From Methanobacteriota archaeon (lineage in GTDB: Archaea > Thermoplasmatota > Thermoplasmata > SG8-5 > JAGLSY01), in NCBI GenBank assembly GCA_020697715.1, contig JAEHCO010000001.1, forward strand, positions 746,149-810,148: a stretch of DNA of 64,000 bases, read 5' to 3'. Numbering within the stretch: position 1 is the stretch's first letter; each line of letters opens with the position of its first letter. The notes beneath the pieces are model-generated. The model saw only the letters and a program-made list of their open reading frames with translations. It made no database searches and was not told where the DNA came from. Position numbers and translations under genes: made by a program. Below are positions 47,401-57,172 of the stretch, in pieces.

Positions 47401-49060
47401 ATACTGGGATGGAGCAGCCTGGAACACGATAACTGGAATAGATGGTGGCGACACACTGACCGGGATAGATTTCAATGGCACTCACTTTGTCATTGTTGGC
47501 TATGATCTTGGTGGTGCTGGAGTATCATATTATATCACCGAAGCAGAAGTAAATGTAGGCTCATATGTCGTTCATGCGATCGCAAATGTTCCAAATGTAA
47601 AACTGAACAGCATCGAATGGCACAATTATGTGAATGGTGGCCTGGTCTGTGCCGAGGGAGCTATGTATTTCCTCAATAGCACATGGGAATGGAAGGGGCC
47701 GATTGGCATTGACCCTTCAATGAATTATACAGCGTCCTCATGGAGTCCAGACGGCTCCAGAGCCATAATAGTTGGGAACACTGGGATTGGAAGTGCGGCC
47801 TTTGACATATATGCTGGAAACACAGAGATAACACAGATACCTGATTATGATCACATATTCCAGAGCCACAAACTTTATGGAGCGGCGTATCAACCTATTG
47901 CCTCGGGCAATACCGAAGTGCTTCTTATTGGAGCCAGTGCTTTCAAGATATACCCAAAGGCCTTGGCTCAAAATACACAGGTCCTGATCAATGTGAACTA
48001 TCCAAACCTCTTTGACATTGATTTCTACAAGACCAGCAATCCGGGAACATCCCTGGTCAATAAGCAAGTGGATGTACAGGAGACATACACCTTCCGCACC
48101 GAGGTCAATTATTCTGTCAGTGGGATAGATCGGCTCTTCGATGGCATCAATAACACTGCCATCGATCTCATGGTTTGGTATGATGATGCAGGAGCGAATG
48201 AGCTCACACTTCCTGGTATGGATGATGTTCACCGGACCAGATACTTCAATGTCACTTGGTTCGAAGGCGATGGTGGAGCGAATCTTGAGAATGCGATAGT
48301 GACCTATCCAATTGCCAGCCCCGGAACCAATGAGTTCCAGCTAATGGGCTTCAGTAGCGGTCCTGCCGGGGGAGATCATTGGTGGATAGAATTGGAAATA
48401 TACTTCGGCCCTCAGACAAGGGCAGCAGATGGACAGGGCTTCGTAAATGGTGACTCCACAAATGAGAGCGATATAAGCCAGTCATTCACAGACCCGGATT
48501 CTTGGAACTTCATGATGGAGATTTACGATACCACATTCACCACGGCCTCAAGCAAGGGCTATGAGGAGTTCGGGGTCTTCAAATACACGAACATCACAGT
48601 ATCCGGCAACCCGGCAGGAAATGCACCACCTGGCTCCAATGACAATTCGATGGGATCCAGCCTGGTGACCTACATGGCCAATGTGCCACACTATGTCAAT
48701 GTGTCAATACCAGACCTGGCAAGGATTGGTGGGGGTGGAAGCATACCGGCCACCAATATCGCGGCCTATTCTGCAAGCCCATTGGCCAATAACACTAATT
48801 GCGGTATGAATAGCACCTGGACATTCGGGAGACCCTTCCCAGGTGCTAATCAGAACTTGAGCATCTGGGGCAATACAAGCCAGCCCATTGCGGACTGGGA
48901 TCTACCTGCCCCTGAGAACGGAACAACGGCCCACGGGCCATGGGGCTCCGACTTCAATAGTTATGGAGCCACCGTAGTCAATTGGTATTCAAGTGTCCCA
49001 GGCGGAACACTTGAAGGTATCTACCAGGCTACAATCACATTCAAAATAGGGTATTATTAG
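44420..49060 (+). CDS. Array protein A8: scaffold with split MAM-like domain containing three LamG-like domains
   Basis: ATG 1 nt after the A7 stop; close paralog of A5 but lacking DUF2341; ends GIYQATITFKIGYY. Confidence 0.85.
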   Translation: MTDRATFWIRTRRNLAARDIRRSVSLALALAILFSSLSIIMAPNATGSIFTDLSSPNATFRDVVWHEDGEYAMVVGNDSSSNGVAYRYGAAEETWDQLMSVPGDSYNAVTKTEEYAWWDTFEDGENGWTTNTWEETPTSSLVGEWKFDEGYGQYVNDTSTKNNVGELRPIYPSNVPTWTADGFSNSALYFDGLDDRVETDYIPNTFNLHDHSIKAWVYPTIDKTNSVIYGIGETGINGKNLELKIDSGELQIWHWGWNWYTGITIDINKWTHIAYTYTTNNKTGNVYVNGQYIDSFVYGGYLNILNDANIPSQIGMSLAGRNFKGFIDEVQIYNRTLTTTEISSYYDLTGNKIGEWSFEEGAGTFTEDATQHSNDGTLINMEEADWVTGPSGQALIFDGLNEYIRVDDEPSLNLTSTFTLEAWIYMVNGGKWQCVVAKANLNTAADISYHWRVSMTNQVQVFLSNGVTSENVFGNTPLQEDTWHHIAVVATGSQYKFYLNGQPDGTFPQTYSPQIISAPLRIGSHGNTHFFDGAIDEVNIWDCDLSDADIQNHYERYLNNYYDNLTRVGDWDFDEGAGFAVNDDSIYGNDGSLVNMEGDEWVGGISGDALELDGVDEYVSIPHSPSLDITDEVTIEAFIKPVESFDYYGIVSKRTAAGDIQYYFRIFNDNLEFYYTFSGGAHVFRSDHTVILNEWQHVAMTYKSGDGSSAKIYLNGVLASGYWSSGDGLSPLESNAADVWIGACEFGDYYFNGTMDNVKIHSRILNQSEISESYNGAFSSEWHLVDPATLPDAGSGTSHGTAKSPDNIWWFGDATKGNYDNGERVMGSLVSPPKYLPSISNFGLVVFNHWFDIESAGPDADIMSVSIKNTTDSEWYLLKTWDSESIPISDWQQEIIYVSGWCGNTVQVKFTFDSDDGSFNDFAGWHIDDFAFYTNGAYVVVGDIPTGAGYSAYSVDLGSGYSDIDGMDFISFNDVAAGLIPATFLAVGDSGQGRYWDGAAWNTITGIDGGDTLTGIDFNGTHFVIVGYDLGGAGVSYYITEAEVNVGSYVVHAIANVPNVKLNSIEWHNYVNGGLVCAEGAMYFLNSTWEWKGPIGIDPSMNYTASSWSPDGSRAIIVGNTGIGSAAFDIYAGNTEITQIPDYDHIFQSHKLYGAAYQPIASGNTEVLLIGASAFKIYPKALAQNTQVLINVNYPNLFDIDFYKTSNPGTSLVNKQVDVQETYTFRTEVNYSVSGIDRLFDGINNTAIDLMVWYDDAGANELTLPGMDDVHRTRYFNVTWFEGDGGANLENAIVTYPIASPGTNEFQLMGFSSGPAGGDHWWIELEIYFGPQTRAADGQGFVNGDSTNESDISQSFTDPDSWNFMMEIYDTTFTTASSKGYEEFGVFKYTNITVSGNPAGNAPPGSNDNSMGSSLVTYMANVPHYVNVSIPDLARIGGGGSIPATNIAAYSASPLANNTNCGMNSTWTFGRPFPGANQNLSIWGNTSQPIADWDLPAPENGTTAHGPWGSDFNSYGATVVNWYSSVPGGTLEGIYQATITFKIGYY

Positions 49061-49071
49061 GAGGAGATGGA

Positions 49072-51753
49072 ATGAAAATAATACAGAAAATACTGGCCAT
49101 TGCGATAATCACCGCGATGGTTTGCGCCAGTCTAGTGATCGGGTTACCAAAGGTAACAGTCAGTGCAGAGGATTCCTCATCGCAGTTCGCGCTGTTGATG
49201 GACGGATATCCTAATGATGAAGAGGATCAAAGTATGGGGTCTCACAACACACAGTCCCCAGTATCTCCAATAGGCACATCATACAGGGCCCAGACCTTCA
49301 AGCCAGGAGTATCCGGGGCACTTACACAGGTATCTCTCATTTTATGGAATCAAGCAGCCCCCGAGATCGATCTGTACATCGGAATCTGGGATACGATAGG
49401 TGGAGATCCATCCTCCGAGATCTGCAGTGATATTATTCTGGGCGTCGTGCAGCCAGATGTAGCAGATTGGGTAGATCTGGAAATATCTTCTGAGCCTGAT
49501 CTGACAGGTGGGACACAATATGCGATAGTCATCCAGACCATTACTAACACAGGAGCATGGAAGAGATATAGTGGTTCTGATCTATATCTGGATGGAGTAG
49601 CATTGTCATCAACAAATGGGGGGGCCACATGGGATCCAGTAACCACAGATTTCGCATTCAAAACCCACATGTCCCATTCTGGAACTGGCTTGAGAAAGGT
49701 CGCGTGGCATGAGAGTGGTGAGTACGCTCTCAGCGTTAATGGTGTGGATGATTCAGTATACAAATTTGACAGGCAATCCTCCGCCTGGAGTTTACTTGGA
49801 AATCCAAATCCTAATGCGATCTTCAATGACATAACATATGATCCTGACTGGAATGAATTCTATTTAGCTGGCGAAGAATTCGCTTCCGCACTTCCTATTG
49901 TCTATACCTATGATGGTATCTTTGTGAACTTGGGAACACCAGGTACGAATGGAGAGTTCCACGCAGTTACAGCTGTTGGTGGAGATTCAGCTTATAAATT
50001 CCTAGCAGTTGGAGAAAGAACAGGGGGCTGGGGATATGCCGCATGGTTCAGAGATGGCTTTGGTTGGTTAGAGGTTTCCACTGGCTGGAGCGGCATTACC
50101 ACTGAGACATTGTATGATGTTACATGGAACCAACAGATCGGTGCTCCGAACAACTGCTATGGTGTTGGACAGGATGGCAATATTCATGGTTTTGTATTCA
50201 GATTCCCATTAGGGACAACGACAGCATCAAAGATCTACAACCTTGATAGTGATGGCAATGATCTTGAGCCTCAGAAATCGATAGCCTGGAACCCAGGATA
50301 TGCTCAGGGCGCGGAGCATGATTACGCTCTCATTGGTGCGAATATGTTCATGGGATATGGATGTGTATTGAAATTTGATGGATCATCTGCACCCAGTACC
50401 ATCTCGGACGTCACAGATACCATTTATGACATTGCATGGCAACCAAGTGGTGAAAGAGCCATACTGGTGGGAGAAGAAACAGGAGGGGGCTGGGGTGTTG
50501 TTTACTACCATCCTGCTGGAACCGAGGAAATGCTCCAGCAAGACATGGAGATGCCACCCATCTATGGTGTGGCCTTCAAGGGATACACAAGCCCCAGCTC
50601 GGCCATCATGGTCAGCTCAGGTGGCTCGGTCGCGGCTTATCCATCTGCCACGGATATTGGAACCACGATAACCGTGAACTCCGCTTTCCCGCACAGCTTT
50701 GGTATAGATATGTGGAAGACCAGTGATGCTGGCCGAGCTTCAAAATTGAATACACAAGTGAATGTGGAGACAACATACACATTCATGACCGAGGTCAATT
50801 ACACAGTAAGCGGTGTGGACCAATTCTATGCAGACGGTGAGCAGGATATATGGGTGCTGCTGACAGCCTGGTATGATGATGGTTTTACACCATCTCCAGA
50901 TCCAGATGATACTGACTATAATAGGACCAAGAATTTCCAGGCTATCTGGCAGGAAGGGGCTTCGATAGGAGCGGACACTGCTGGTATGGTCTATCCAGGC
51001 GGAAGCCCGGGAATAGATGAGGTTCAATTCGTCAGTGCGGGTATAGAGGTAGGTCCAGGAGATCACTATTATGTCTATATCAATTTGACATTGGGCCCAC
51101 AATTATGGGCAGGTGATGGTCAGGGATTTGGTAATGGGCCAGCTCCAGATATCAATGATGGAGCTACAGCCTTCAATGACCCGGATTCATGGGATTTTGT
51201 AATGACCATTGTTGATATCAACTACATGGATGCTGTGAATTCTTCCTTTGAAGAGTTCGGCCTGTTCAGGTTCACGAACATCACGGTATCTGGCAACCCT
51301 AGTGGAAATGCGCCACCAGGTTCTGTGGGTAATGCACTTGGAACCAGCCAGATAAATGTCTCGTCCAATATCCCGTACTATGTCAATGTCTCGATACCCC
51401 GATTGAATATGACAACTGACAATACAAAATTCATACCAGCCAGCAGTGTGAATGTATCTCTAACTAGTGCATTCGCTAATAATACGAACACGCAGATGAA
51501 CGGATCCTGGGGAGCCTTTGGAAGGGCCTTCCCTGGAGCGAATCAACAGCTGGGGGTATGGGGTAATGCAAGTCTGGCACAGTCTTTCTGGACTGTGCCA
51601 GCGCCTTTGAACAGCACGACGGCTCATGGCCCTCAAGGAGGGGACTTTCAGGGTCTTGGAGACACCTTTGTCCAATGGTACATCAATGTGCCTGGGGCGA
51701 CGGCTGAAGGAACCTATCAGGCGTCTATAACCTTCAGGGTGGGATATTATTGA
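49072..51753 (+). CDS. Array protein A9: scaffold with ~155-aa N-proximal insert
   Basis: GGAGG SD; GYP[...AQTFKPG.SG.L...YAIV...DFAFKT]..LRKVAW; ends GTYQASITFRVGYY. Confidence 0.85.
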   Translation: MKIIQKILAIAIITAMVCASLVIGLPKVTVSAEDSSSQFALLMDGYPNDEEDQSMGSHNTQSPVSPIGTSYRAQTFKPGVSGALTQVSLILWNQAAPEIDLYIGIWDTIGGDPSSEICSDIILGVVQPDVADWVDLEISSEPDLTGGTQYAIVIQTITNTGAWKRYSGSDLYLDGVALSSTNGGATWDPVTTDFAFKTHMSHSGTGLRKVAWHESGEYALSVNGVDDSVYKFDRQSSAWSLLGNPNPNAIFNDITYDPDWNEFYLAGEEFASALPIVYTYDGIFVNLGTPGTNGEFHAVTAVGGDSAYKFLAVGERTGGWGYAAWFRDGFGWLEVSTGWSGITTETLYDVTWNQQIGAPNNCYGVGQDGNIHGFVFRFPLGTTTASKIYNLDSDGNDLEPQKSIAWNPGYAQGAEHDYALIGANMFMGYGCVLKFDGSSAPSTISDVTDTIYDIAWQPSGERAILVGEETGGGWGVVYYHPAGTEEMLQQDMEMPPIYGVAFKGYTSPSSAIMVSSGGSVAAYPSATDIGTTITVNSAFPHSFGIDMWKTSDAGRASKLNTQVNVETTYTFMTEVNYTVSGVDQFYADGEQDIWVLLTAWYDDGFTPSPDPDDTDYNRTKNFQAIWQEGASIGADTAGMVYPGGSPGIDEVQFVSAGIEVGPGDHYYVYINLTLGPQLWAGDGQGFGNGPAPDINDGATAFNDPDSWDFVMTIVDINYMDAVNSSFEEFGLFRFTNITVSGNPSGNAPPGSVGNALGTSQINVSSNIPYYVNVSIPRLNMTTDNTKFIPASSVNVSLTSAFANNTNTQMNGSWGAFGRAFPGANQQLGVWGNASLAQSFWTVPAPLNSTTAHGPQGGDFQGLGDTFVQWYINVPGATAEGTYQASITFRVGYY

Positions 51754-51767
51754 GAGGGGGTGAAAGA

Positions 51768-54458
51768 ATGATGGATACGAGAAAAATACTGACTCTGGCG
51801 ATAATAACCCTAATGATGTGTGGAAGCGTGTTGATAGTCACACCTTATACACCTGCAGTAGCGGAGGATTCAGCCAAGGTCTTTGAAGCCCTAGATGGTG
51901 GATTCCCATTGGCTTATCAAACAACCATGGATCAGAGTTGTGAAGATGCAGTTGATCATTACACTGTTAGTTCCGGGGTTCCGTGGGCCCAGACATTCAA
52001 GCCAACAATAACAGGTAGGCTTTTAAGTGTCGATCTCCAACTTTATGCTGATGCTCCGATCACAACATCAATTCGCTGTGAGATCAGGACCACTCACTGG
52101 GACACTGACAAATGGGTTCCAGATGATGTGGGTGGTAGGATAACCTTTGAGGGTGATTCCCAGACACTGACAACATCTCCCACCTGGCATCAATCTACAA
52201 TATCGACCAAACCGATCTTAACAGCCGGAGAGACCTATGCATTGGTGCTTGTATGGTTGAGCCAGGATTTCAAATGGAGTTGCCTAGGGAGCTATGGGGA
52301 TGGAGATGGCTTCAACACTGGTGATGGAGGAACCACTTGGAGTGCCAATGGTGCCGAGAACTTTGGCTTCCGCACTTATATGGAAGAGCCAAACAATGAG
52401 CTTTCAAAGGTCGCCTGGCATGGTAATAATGACTATGCATATGGAGTCGATGGAACCTCAAGCAACCTATACAAATTCACAAGGGATACCGGCTCATGGT
52501 CCAATGCAGGAGAGCTTGAACCAGGGGCTACATTCAATGACATAGTCTATGATCCAAGCACATCCCTATTTTACATAGTTGGCCAGGATAATAGCGGCTA
52601 TGCAGCTGGTTGGATGTACAATCACGACACCGGGACACCAACCTATCTGATAGACACATTTGTGACCGGGGCATTCTATGGGGTGGAATACGCGGCTCCT
52701 TACGAGCATCCTTATCTGTTCCTAGCAGTTGGAGAAGATACAGCCAATGGCAAGGCCTACATGTGCTGGTATGATGATAATTCTCCATGGTGGGCTGCGG
52801 AAGACACCAGTCCCAGTCCAGATGATGCTCTCGGAGATGTGATTTACGATGTCACCTGGAATAGAATAAATGACGGAGGCAGTGATTATTTCTGTGTTGG
52901 AGAGGACGCGTCAGGATTCGGAGTGGTATACTACATTGGTGGCCCCTTGGAAAACGGAATGGATGTTGGAGCTACACAATTCTGGGACCCCATAAGCTCA
53001 TTGAAAGCCATAGACTATCATCCCACACAGCCCTATGCGATAATGGTCGGTGAGAACACTGACTCACTGGGAAATGCATACTTGTTCAACAGTGCCTGGG
53101 ATCAACCCACGATGATCGCAAATACAACAGACACTCTTTTTGATGTGGACTGGCGCCCTGATGGGGAGATGGCTGTGGCTGTTGGAGCTAAGTTGAATGG
53201 TAAAGGTGTCATGTACCAGCATCACGAAGATACTGATTATGTAATTGATCTATCTGCTGCCCTGTCTCCAGATACTGAAGCCCTATTTGGCGTCGCTATG
53301 AAGGGATTCTCCAGCCCCAGCTCTGGCCTCATAGTTGGAAGTTCAGGAGCAGTTGGATTTTATCCGTCGGCGGTTGATTCTGGAACGACGATAACAGTAA
53401 GCTCTGAAGAACCACATATGTTCAATATGGATATGTGGAAAACATTGGATGCTGGACGTGTATCCAAATTGAATTCACAGGTGGATGTGGAGACTACTTA
53501 CTCATTCATGGCCGAGGTCAACTACACGAAGGGCGGCATTGACCAGTTCTACACAGACGGAGACGACGATATCTATGTGATCCTGACCGCTTGGTATGAC
53601 AATGGAGCCGCTCCTTCCAGCCTACCAGGTCAGGATGATCACAACAGGACAAAGGAGTTCCAGGCAATTTGGGTAGAAGGAGTGGCTGCACCTGGAAATG
53701 CAGGTATGATGTATCCTGTTGGAAGTCCAGGAACTGATGAGGTACAGCTTGATAGCTATGGCTTCGAGATAGGGGCAGGTGACCATTATTACATCTACTT
53801 CAATCTGACATTCGGACCTCAAATGTGGGCGGCTGATGGTAATGGATTTGCAAATGGCGCATCCTCCGATGTCTATGATTACACCACCAGCTATGATGAT
53901 CCAAATAGCTGGGATTTTGTAATGACCGTGGAGGATGCGAACTTCAACAGTGCATCGAACTCCAGCTTCGAAGAGTTCGGAATATTCCAATTCACAAACA
54001 TAACAGTGTCTGGGAATCCGGGCGGAAACGCTCCGCCAGGGTCGAGCACACAGCTTGGACCGAATAGCCAGATAATGGTTTCTTCCAATATTGACTATTA
54101 TGTCAATGTCTCGATCCCGGATCTGGCCAAAGTTGGTGGAGGGCTGCCAATACTGGCAACCAATGTGGCAGTGAACATAACAAGCCCATTTGCCAACAAT
54201 ACGAATTCGATGATAAATGGAACTGCAGTGAATTTCCCAGGAGCCAATCAGACATTGAGCATATGGGGCAACACGAGCCAGGCCTTTGGAGACTGGGTTG
54301 TTGCAGCACCATTGAACAGTACGACGGCTCATGGACCGCAAGGAGCGGACTTCCAGAGCATTGGAACGACCGACTTAGAATGGTGGATCGATGTGCCAGG
54401 CGGTACAGCTGAAGGCATATATCAAGCCACGATAACATTCAAAATTGGATACTATTGA
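51768..54458 (+). CDS. Array protein A10: scaffold with ~160-aa N-proximal insert
   Basis: GGGGTGA SD then ATG 51768/51771; GFP[...AQTFKP...NFGFRTY]..LSKVAW; ends GIYQATITFKIGYY. Confidence 0.85.
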   Translation: MMDTRKILTLAIITLMMCGSVLIVTPYTPAVAEDSAKVFEALDGGFPLAYQTTMDQSCEDAVDHYTVSSGVPWAQTFKPTITGRLLSVDLQLYADAPITTSIRCEIRTTHWDTDKWVPDDVGGRITFEGDSQTLTTSPTWHQSTISTKPILTAGETYALVLVWLSQDFKWSCLGSYGDGDGFNTGDGGTTWSANGAENFGFRTYMEEPNNELSKVAWHGNNDYAYGVDGTSSNLYKFTRDTGSWSNAGELEPGATFNDIVYDPSTSLFYIVGQDNSGYAAGWMYNHDTGTPTYLIDTFVTGAFYGVEYAAPYEHPYLFLAVGEDTANGKAYMCWYDDNSPWWAAEDTSPSPDDALGDVIYDVTWNRINDGGSDYFCVGEDASGFGVVYYIGGPLENGMDVGATQFWDPISSLKAIDYHPTQPYAIMVGENTDSLGNAYLFNSAWDQPTMIANTTDTLFDVDWRPDGEMAVAVGAKLNGKGVMYQHHEDTDYVIDLSAALSPDTEALFGVAMKGFSSPSSGLIVGSSGAVGFYPSAVDSGTTITVSSEEPHMFNMDMWKTLDAGRVSKLNSQVDVETTYSFMAEVNYTKGGIDQFYTDGDDDIYVILTAWYDNGAAPSSLPGQDDHNRTKEFQAIWVEGVAAPGNAGMMYPVGSPGTDEVQLDSYGFEIGAGDHYYIYFNLTFGPQMWAADGNGFANGASSDVYDYTTSYDDPNSWDFVMTVEDANFNSASNSSFEEFGIFQFTNITVSGNPGGNAPPGSSTQLGPNSQIMVSSNIDYYVNVSIPDLAKVGGGLPILATNVAVNITSPFANNTNSMINGTAVNFPGANQTLSIWGNTSQAFGDWVVAAPLNSTTAHGPQGADFQSIGTTDLEWWIDVPGGTAEGIYQATITFKIGYY
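54102..54416 (+). repeat. 315-bp near-identical copy 1 (A10 3' end)
   Basis: Matches 56761-57075 with 4 mismatches by manual alignment. Confidence 0.9.
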
Positions 54459-54477
54459 GGTGGATGATGGAGGTGGA

Positions 54478-57117
54478 ATGATGAGTGGAAATAGAGAAAT
54501 GAAAAAGATACTGGCCATGGCTTTAGTTAGCATCATGGTCTGCGCAAGCATAGTGATAGTTTTACCGAATAACACGGTAATGGCAGAGGATTCTGCAAAA
54601 CCTTTTGTGGATTTGAACACGGGCTATCCCCTTCCGAGTTTTAATTTGGACCAAGAACAGAGTATGGAAGGAACGATCGTTACTATGTCTGGGTTCTGGA
54701 TGGCCCAAACTTTCACGGCAGGAATAACAGAGAATTTAGCAATAGCTAGTATACATTTTGCCTCATGGCCTGATGTCGAAGATATATCTGTGTACATCTA
54801 TGATACAAGCGGCGGTCTGCCAAATACCGTAATGGCTACAGAAACATTAGCAGGACCAACTGTTCTGGACAATGAATGGTTCAATGTTACCTTTGACCCG
54901 CAGCCATCATTGATAATAGGTGTGCAGTATGCAGTGGTATTCAAGAGTTCTGGCTCCGGCGGAAGTCCGGATTTGATGAACATGGATGTTTATGCAGGTG
55001 GGAGTGCCTACCAGAGCTTTGACGGAAATACATGGATGGACGTTAACAACCCTCTTTGGGACTTCACATTCAGAACATATTACGCTTCATCTGAATCCGG
55101 CTTGACCAATATTGCCTGGCATGAATCTGGGGACTATGCATTGGCCGTCTCAGGAGCAGATGATGGGAACATATACAGATATCAAAGATCTAACAACACC
55201 TGGTACTTGGCCTTCAATACTAATCCTAGTGGAACCAATAATGATATCATTTATGATGCAACTTGGGAGAATTTCTTCATTGTCGGAGCTATAGGTGGAT
55301 TCACGCATTCATACACTTGGAACGAGACATTTGGTCTCGTGGATCTGGGATCTACATTTTCTGATGGGCCGTACGAAGGTGTTGTGGCTTGTTCAGCTCC
55401 CTATTATTTCCTGGCAGTAGGGCATGATCTTGCTAATGTGGGCAAATTCGCATGGTACAATAAATCAAGTGCCAGTTATGAGGAATATTTCACCCCCTCT
55501 GATGAATGGCTGTACGATGTGACCTATTCTCCAACCGAAGGGAATTACTATGCAGTTGGAGACCTCGGTGGAACTGGTATTGTTTATCAATTTGATTATC
55601 CTGGCGACTCAACCGGATTACGGATTAGCGATGCCTGGAATGATACTTTCAGCCCTCTGTATTCCGTGGATTGGAGCCCCTTAGGTGGTGGGAATAATTA
55701 TGGACTCATGGCCGGATCAAATAGTCAAGGCAATGGCAATGTTCACAGGCTCAATCCTGGACCATCATATGATTCGATAATGAGTACCAGCGATACAATC
55801 TGGGATATTGATTGGCATCCTAATGGAGAAATGGCCATTCTAGTGGGTGAGACCAATGTTGGAAACGGTGCAATATATAGCCATTACCCTCAAAACCTAC
55901 AAAGTAAGTTAAGCAATGATCCAGATTATCCTTCACCCTTTTATGGTATTGCGATGAAAGGTTATTCCAGCCCCAGCTCGGGATTGATAATCGGAAATTC
56001 TGGCTCAGTAGGGTTTTACCCGTCTGCCATTGATTCAGGAACTACGATAACCGTGAACGCGGCCTTCCCTCACAACTTCGACATAGACATGTGGAAGACC
56101 AGTGACGGGATCGGAGGAAGCTCCAAGCTCAATACACAGGTCGATGTGGAGGAGACATACACCTTCATGGCCGAGGTCAATTACTCTGTCAGTGGCACTG
56201 ACCAATTCTATGCTGATGGTGTAAATGATGTGAGGATCGAGCTGTCGGCCTTCTTCGATGAGGGAGCCACACCGGGAGTGTTCCCAGCAACGGATGACCA
56301 GCACAGGACAAGAGCCTTTGTCGCTCTCTGGGAAGAAGGAAATGTGCCTTTCACGGATACGGCCAGCATGCAATATCCTATCGGTAGTCCCGGAACAGAT
56401 GAGTTCACCCTGGACAGCTTCTGGTTGGATTCTTCAGCACCTGGAGATCACTATTACATTTACATCAACATAACCTTTGGACCCCAAACATGGGCGGCCA
56501 GTGGTCCCTTTGGCGGAGCTTCTACAGATATCAATGACGATGTCCAATCATTGGATGATTCTAATACCTGGGACTTCGAGATGAGGATATATGACTCTAA
56601 TTATGGTGGAGCAACCAATTCCACATATGAGGAATTCGGCATTTTCCAGCACACGAACATAACCGTATCTGGAAATCCTGGCGGCAATGCGCCACCAGGG
56701 TCAAATGCGCAGTTGGGACCGAACAGCCAGATCGCAGTTTCTTCCAATATCGATTATTACGTCAATGTCTCGATCCCGGATCTGGCCAAAGTTGGTGGAG
56801 GGCTGCCAATACTGGCAACCAATGTGGCAGTGAACATAACAAGCCCATTTGCCAACAATACGAATTCGATGATAAATGGAACTGCAATGAACTTCCCTGG
56901 AGCCAATCAGACATTGAGCATATGGGGCAACACGAGCCAGGCCTTTGGAGACTGGGTTGTTGCAGCACCATTGAACAGTACGACGGCTCATGGATCGCAA
57001 GGAGCGGACTTCCAGAGCATTGGAACGACCGACTTAGAATGGTGGATCGATGTGCCAGGCGGTACAGCTGAAGGCGTGTACCAGGCATCTGTGACATTCA
57101 GGATAGGGTACTACTAG
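54478..57117 (+). CDS. Array protein A11: scaffold with ~155-aa N-proximal insert
   Basis: GGAGGTG SD then ATG 54478 (alternatives 54481, 54499); GYP[...AQTFTAG...DFTFRTY]..LTNIAW; ends GVYQASVTFRIGYY. Confidence 0.85.
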   Translation: MMSGNREMKKILAMALVSIMVCASIVIVLPNNTVMAEDSAKPFVDLNTGYPLPSFNLDQEQSMEGTIVTMSGFWMAQTFTAGITENLAIASIHFASWPDVEDISVYIYDTSGGLPNTVMATETLAGPTVLDNEWFNVTFDPQPSLIIGVQYAVVFKSSGSGGSPDLMNMDVYAGGSAYQSFDGNTWMDVNNPLWDFTFRTYYASSESGLTNIAWHESGDYALAVSGADDGNIYRYQRSNNTWYLAFNTNPSGTNNDIIYDATWENFFIVGAIGGFTHSYTWNETFGLVDLGSTFSDGPYEGVVACSAPYYFLAVGHDLANVGKFAWYNKSSASYEEYFTPSDEWLYDVTYSPTEGNYYAVGDLGGTGIVYQFDYPGDSTGLRISDAWNDTFSPLYSVDWSPLGGGNNYGLMAGSNSQGNGNVHRLNPGPSYDSIMSTSDTIWDIDWHPNGEMAILVGETNVGNGAIYSHYPQNLQSKLSNDPDYPSPFYGIAMKGYSSPSSGLIIGNSGSVGFYPSAIDSGTTITVNAAFPHNFDIDMWKTSDGIGGSSKLNTQVDVEETYTFMAEVNYSVSGTDQFYADGVNDVRIELSAFFDEGATPGVFPATDDQHRTRAFVALWEEGNVPFTDTASMQYPIGSPGTDEFTLDSFWLDSSAPGDHYYIYINITFGPQTWAASGPFGGASTDINDDVQSLDDSNTWDFEMRIYDSNYGGATNSTYEEFGIFQHTNITVSGNPGGNAPPGSNAQLGPNSQIAVSSNIDYYVNVSIPDLAKVGGGLPILATNVAVNITSPFANNTNSMINGTAMNFPGANQTLSIWGNTSQAFGDWVVAAPLNSTTAHGSQGADFQSIGTTDLEWWIDVPGGTAEGVYQASVTFRIGYY
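56761..57075 (+). repeat. 315-bp near-identical copy 2 (A11 3' end)
   Basis: Matches 54102-54416 (offset 2659). Confidence 0.9.
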
Positions 57118-57172
57118 GAGATATACAAATCCAAAAAATCATGAATAATGAGGTGAAAAAACAAAAAAGGAG

